The notes below the pieces were generated by a model that was given only the letters and a program-made list of their open reading frames with translations, was not told the origin of the DNA and ran no database searches. A program made the position numbers and the translations under genes. A DNA stretch of 63,381 bases, the filler included, from Thermodesulfobacteriota bacterium (lineage in GTDB: Bacteria > DASVDK01): the NCBI GenBank assembly GCA_036381125.1. It is 7 parts of 7 records of this genome, joined end to end, with 100 filler letters (N's around TTAATTAATTAA, not from the genome) between each part and the next. Parts side by side here need not be neighbours in the genome. Positions count along the whole stretch, not along the records: positions 59,456 to 63,381 come from DASVDK010000136.1; 6 more parts are not named here. The stretch is one strand, 5' to 3'. Of the stretch, positions 60,072 to 63,381 are shown in pieces (position 1 is the first letter of the stretch; each line of letters begins with the position of its first letter).

Positions 60072-61016
60072 TCAACGTCTCTGCTGCCGGCGGATCGCCT
60101 CGGAGAGCGCCTGGTCCCGCTCGCGCTCGCGGCGCTCCCGCTCGAACTCCGCGACCGGCACCAGCGGCCGGCCTGCGGGACGCACCGCCCGGACGAGACG
60201 TCCCGTCACGTCGCCGAGCCCGAGGTAGTTCACGACGGTGGCCGTGACCGGCACCATCTCGGGGGAGAACCAGACGACGATCTCCCCCTCGTTCTTGAAG
60301 ATCGCCTCCGGCAGCTCGAGGGCAATCACGACGCCGCTCTCCCCCATCCCGTACTCGCTGCGGGCGCGCGCCTCCTCCTCCCCGCCCAGGATCCGCAGCG
60401 TGAAGGTGCGGATGCCCTCGACCGGTATCATGTCGAGCTCGTATCGCCGGCCCTTCTCGATCGGCCCGTAGCGCCCCGCGCGGAAGTTGAAGAGGGCGGC
60501 CAGCATGTCGTCGTACCGGACCCCCTCGGGGATCGGCTCGCGCCCGATCTCCGTCACGACCCCGTCGCGCCGGATCGTCCAGGTCATGACGCCGCGCGCC
60601 TCGTTGAGGAAGGTCGTCGTCACCTCGCGGCCGCCGCGGTCCTCGAGGTCCTTCACGAAGACCCGCGAGCACCAGCGCGTTCCTCCCTCGCACGGCACGA
60701 GCGTGGAGGTGTAGACGTGGCGGATCTTCTTGAAGAAGCCGACGAAGCCCTTCGTCTCGGCCGAGAGCCGGGCGACGTAGCGCCCCGAGCCGGGGCCGCC
60801 GAGGCCGTCGGGACCCGGCTCGGTCTCGGGCGCGAGGGAGATGCGGCCGACGGCCGCGCGCCCGAAGAAGAGGAACGAGACGTCGTAGTCGAACCGCTCG
60901 CCGGCGAACGCCTCGACGACGGGCACCGGGGCGGCGGACGCCTCGGCGCGCGCGGCGCCGGGCGCCGCGACGACGAGGGCGGCTGCCGTGAGAAGGACAC
61001 GAAGGGCGAGATTCAC
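60072..61016 (-). CDS. DUF3108-like exported protein
   Basis: Signal peptide, [46 protein letters not shown]. Confidence 0.7.
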   Translation of the reverse strand: MNLALRVLLTAAALVVAAPGAARAEASAAPVPVVEAFAGERFDYDVSFLFFGRAAVGRISLAPETEPGPDGLGGPGSGRYVARLSAETKGFVGFFKKIRHVYTSTLVPCEGGTRWCSRVFVKDLEDRGGREVTTTFLNEARGVMTWTIRRDGVVTEIGREPIPEGVRYDDMLAALFNFRAGRYGPIEKGRRYELDMIPVEGIRTFTLRILGGEEEARARSEYGMGESGVVIALELPEAIFKNEGEIVVWFSPEMVPVTATVVNYLGLGDVTGRLVRAVRPAGRPLVPVAEFERERRERERDQALSEAIRRQQRR

Positions 61017-62596
61017 AGGACGACGATCTCTCGGTGCTCGCCGAAGACCTTTCGCAGGCGGCCGGCCACCTCGCCGAGCGTCGCGCGGGCGACGACGGCG
61101 TCGAGGATGGCCGCGACCAGGTTCGCATCGCCGCGGGCGGCCTCCTCGAGCCGTTCGAGGGCGCGCTCGACCGCCCGCGCGTCGCGGGCGGCCTTGAACG
61201 CCGCGAGGTCGCGCACGCGAGCCGTCTCGAGGGCGGGGTCGTGGCGGTGGATGTCGGCCGGCGGCGTATCGTCGGTGGTGAAGCGGTTGACGCCGACCAC
61301 GACCCGCGTCCCCGACTCGACCGCCTGCTGGTCGCGGTAGGCGCTCTCCTGGATCTCGCGCTGCACGTACCCCTGCTCGATGGCGGCAACGGCGCCGCCG
61401 CGCGCGTCGATCGCGTCGAGATACGTCTGCGCCTCCGCCTCGAGGCGATCGGTCAGCGCCTCGACGGTGTAGGAGCCGCCGAGGGGATCGGCGACGTCGG
61501 CGGCGCCGCTCTCATAGGCGATGACCTGCTGCGTCCGCAGGGCGAGCCTCGCCGCCTCCGCCGTGGGGAGGGCGAGCGCCTCGTCCTTGCCGTTGGTGTG
61601 GAGCGACTGCGCGCCGCCGAGGACCGCGGCCAGCGCCTGGAGCGTGACGCGGACCACGTTCGTGTCGGGCTGCTGCGCCGTGAGGGTGCTGCCGGCGGTC
61701 TGGCAGTGGAAGCGGAGCATCCAGCTACGCGGGTCCTTCGCCCCCACCCGCTCGCGCATCAGGCGCGCCCACAGCCGCCTGGCCGCGCGGAACTTGGCCA
61801 CCTCCTCGAGGAAGAGGTTGTGGACGTTGAAGAAGAACGAGAGGCGCCCGGCAAAGGCGTCCACGTCGAGGCCGGCCCGGCGCGCGGCCTCCACGTAGGC
61901 GAGCCCGTTGGCCAGCGTGAAGGCGATCTCCTGCGCCGCCGTGGCCCCCGCCTCGCGGATGTGGTAGCCGCTGATGGAGATCGGGTTCCAGCGCGGCACC
62001 TCGCGCCGGCAGAAGTCGAAGCTGTCGACGACCAGGCGCATGGAGGGACCGGGCGGGTAGATGTAGGTCCCCCGCGCGACGTACTCCTTGAGGATGTCGT
62101 TCTGGACCGTCCCCGACAGGCTCGCCCGCGCGAAGCCGCGCCGCTCGGCCGCGGCCACGTAGAGGGCGAGGAGGGTCGCCGCCGTCGCGTTGATCGTCAT
62201 CGAGGTGGAGACGCGGTCGAGCGGCAGGCCGTCGAGCAGCGTCTCCATGTCGGCGATGGTGCTGATCGCGACGCCGGTGCGGCCGACCTCCCCCCGGGCG
62301 CGCGGGTCGTCGGAGTCGAGGCCCATCTGGGTCGGCAGGTCGAAGGCCACCGACAGGCCGGTCTGGCCGTGGTCGAGGAGGTACCGGAAGCGCCGGTTCG
62401 TCTCGACCGCCGTGCCGAAGCCGGCGTACTGGCGCATGGTCCAGAGCCGGCCGCGATACATCGTCGGGTGGATGCCCCGGGTGAACGGGTACTCGCCCGG
62501 CGCGCCGATGCGGGCCGGGTCGCCGGCGGCGTCGTTCGGCCCGAAGGCGACCGGCAGCGGGGCGCCGGAGGAGGTGCGTGCGTCTCGCACCGTCAT
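61013..62596 (-). CDS. Methylmalonyl-CoA mutase, substrate-binding (large) subunit of the split type
   Basis: [14 protein letters not shown] (Tyr of MCM), [29 protein letters not shown]; no B12-binding domain. Confidence 0.93.
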   Translation of the reverse strand: MTVRDARTSSGAPLPVAFGPNDAAGDPARIGAPGEYPFTRGIHPTMYRGRLWTMRQYAGFGTAVETNRRFRYLLDHGQTGLSVAFDLPTQMGLDSDDPRARGEVGRTGVAISTIADMETLLDGLPLDRVSTSMTINATAATLLALYVAAAERRGFARASLSGTVQNDILKEYVARGTYIYPPGPSMRLVVDSFDFCRREVPRWNPISISGYHIREAGATAAQEIAFTLANGLAYVEAARRAGLDVDAFAGRLSFFFNVHNLFLEEVAKFRAARRLWARLMRERVGAKDPRSWMLRFHCQTAGSTLTAQQPDTNVVRVTLQALAAVLGGAQSLHTNGKDEALALPTAEAARLALRTQQVIAYESGAADVADPLGGSYTVEALTDRLEAEAQTYLDAIDARGGAVAAIEQGYVQREIQESAYRDQQAVESGTRVVVGVNRFTTDDTPPADIHRHDPALETARVRDLAAFKAARDARAVERALERLEEAARGDANLVAAILDAVVARATLGEVAGRLRKVFGEHREIVVL

Positions 62597-63105
62597 TCCA
62601 GGACCACCAGCGCGGCCCCCGCCTCGACCGCGCTCCCCTCCGCGGCCGGCAGCGCCTTCACGACGCCGGCGCTGCCCGCGCGCAGCTCGTTCTCCATCTT
62701 CATGGCCTCGACCACCACGACGCCCTGCCCGGCCTCGACGCGATCGCCGACCGAGACGAGGAGCTTGACGACCTTGCCCGGCATCGGCGCCCTCACCGTC
62801 TGCGACCCGTCCCCGGCAGCCGCCCCGCCGCGGCGGCGCGCCCCCCACCGCTCGTCGACCAGTTCCATATCGTAGACGGCGCCGTCGAGCCAGACCGTGA
62901 CGCGCCCCTCACGGCGGTCGACGAACGCCTCGATGGACCGGCCGTCCGGAAGACGAGCGGCCAGGAGCCCACCGCGGCGCACCACCTCGAAGGCGAGCGC
63001 CTGCCTGGTCTCGCCCTCGGTGAGCCGCACGGTCGCCTGCCCGTCCGGGCGTACCGTGGCGTCGAGGCGGAGGGCGCGCCCTCCGAAGCGCACGAGGAAG
63101 GCCAT
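62593..63105 (-). CDS. Biotin carboxyl carrier subunit of an acyl-CoA carboxylase
   Basis: [15 protein letters not shown]. Confidence 0.92.
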   Translation of the reverse strand: MAFLVRFGGRALRLDATVRPDGQATVRLTEGETRQALAFEVVRRGGLLAARLPDGRSIEAFVDRREGRVTVWLDGAVYDMELVDERWGARRRGGAAAGDGSQTVRAPMPGKVVKLLVSVGDRVEAGQGVVVVEAMKMENELRAGSAGVVKALPAAEGSAVEAGAALVVLE

Positions 63106-63110
63106 CGGCG

Positions 63111-63380
63111 TCAGGCCGAGGGCCGCGCCTGGCGCAGGGCGAGCCGCCAGGGGGAGGGCCGGCCGCCGGCGGCGCCCGCCGGCGCCGGCGCGGGCGCGCC
63201 GTCGCGAGACGCCTCGAGGGCGGCGGCCGCCGCCGCGAGCGCCGCCGCGAGGTCGGCGTCCGGTCCCGGCCGCGGCGCCGGCCGGTCGCCGAAGACCCGC
63301 GCGATGTACCCGGTGTCGATGCGGCCGGCGCGGAACTCCGGCTCGTCGAGCACCGCGAGGTGGAACGGGATGTTCGTCGT
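63111..63380 (-). CDS. Biotin carboxylase subunit, C-terminal part
   Basis: TTNIPFH..VL..PEF..G.IDTGYI, SPW tail; upstream of the BCCP and mutase genes. Confidence 0.85.
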   Translation of the reverse strand, partial: TTNIPFHLAVLDEPEFRAGRIDTGYIARVFGDRPAPRPGPDADLAAALAAAAAALEASRDGAPAPAPAGAAGGRPSPWRLALRQARPSA

Positions 63381-63381
63381 G

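Noticed and set aside
61013-62596. Isobutyryl- or 2-hydroxyisobutyryl-CoA mutase
   Set aside because: RQYAGF (Tyr) and KEYVARG (Arg) are the methylmalonyl-CoA mutase determinants, and the gene neighbours a biotin carboxylase

Overview
This window is not one contiguous locus. It is seven contigs (1-8409, 8510-12111, 12212-17644, 17745-37123, 37224-47221, 47322-59355, 59456-63381) joined by artificial 100-nt N/TTAATTAATTAA/N linkers. The DNA is very GC-rich and comes from a diderm bacterium with Deltaproteobacteria/Myxococcota-like gene content (the taxonomy is inference only). Contig 1: a FadR/GntR-regulated, uncharacterised catabolic operon (ABC importer, D-2-hydroxyacid dehydrogenase, two tandem alpha/beta hydrolases, FAH protein). 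Contig 2: holB-metG-tatD-hpt and a zinc-ribbon gene. Contig 3: an aromatic-rich type IV pilin, an O-antigen-ligase/TPR protein, a pilGHI-like ABC system and a sigma54-preceded glycosyltransferase. Contig 4: pdxA, tolQRAB-pal-cpoB-mrcB, a decayed patch (IS481 remnant, arginase pseudogene), a divergent clpP coupled to a stand-alone LigD-type polymerase, yihY, a short PBP, tldD, and lysM(tsaP-like)-dprA-smg-topA. Contig 5: a lipid A/core LPS cluster including Kdo hydroxylase. Contig 6: glpDK, a D-aminoacylase, vapBC, a TPR protein, bamD, an RND pump and clpB. Contig 7: a biotin carboxylase, methylmalonyl-CoA mutase, DUF3108 and a degenerate GH57. The best candidates for something new are the ClpP-primase/polymerase pair (apparent CTG start), the contig-1 catabolic operon, the e-pilin-like glycosylated pilus locus and KdoO in this lineage. 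No rRNA, tRNA or CRISPR array was recognised.
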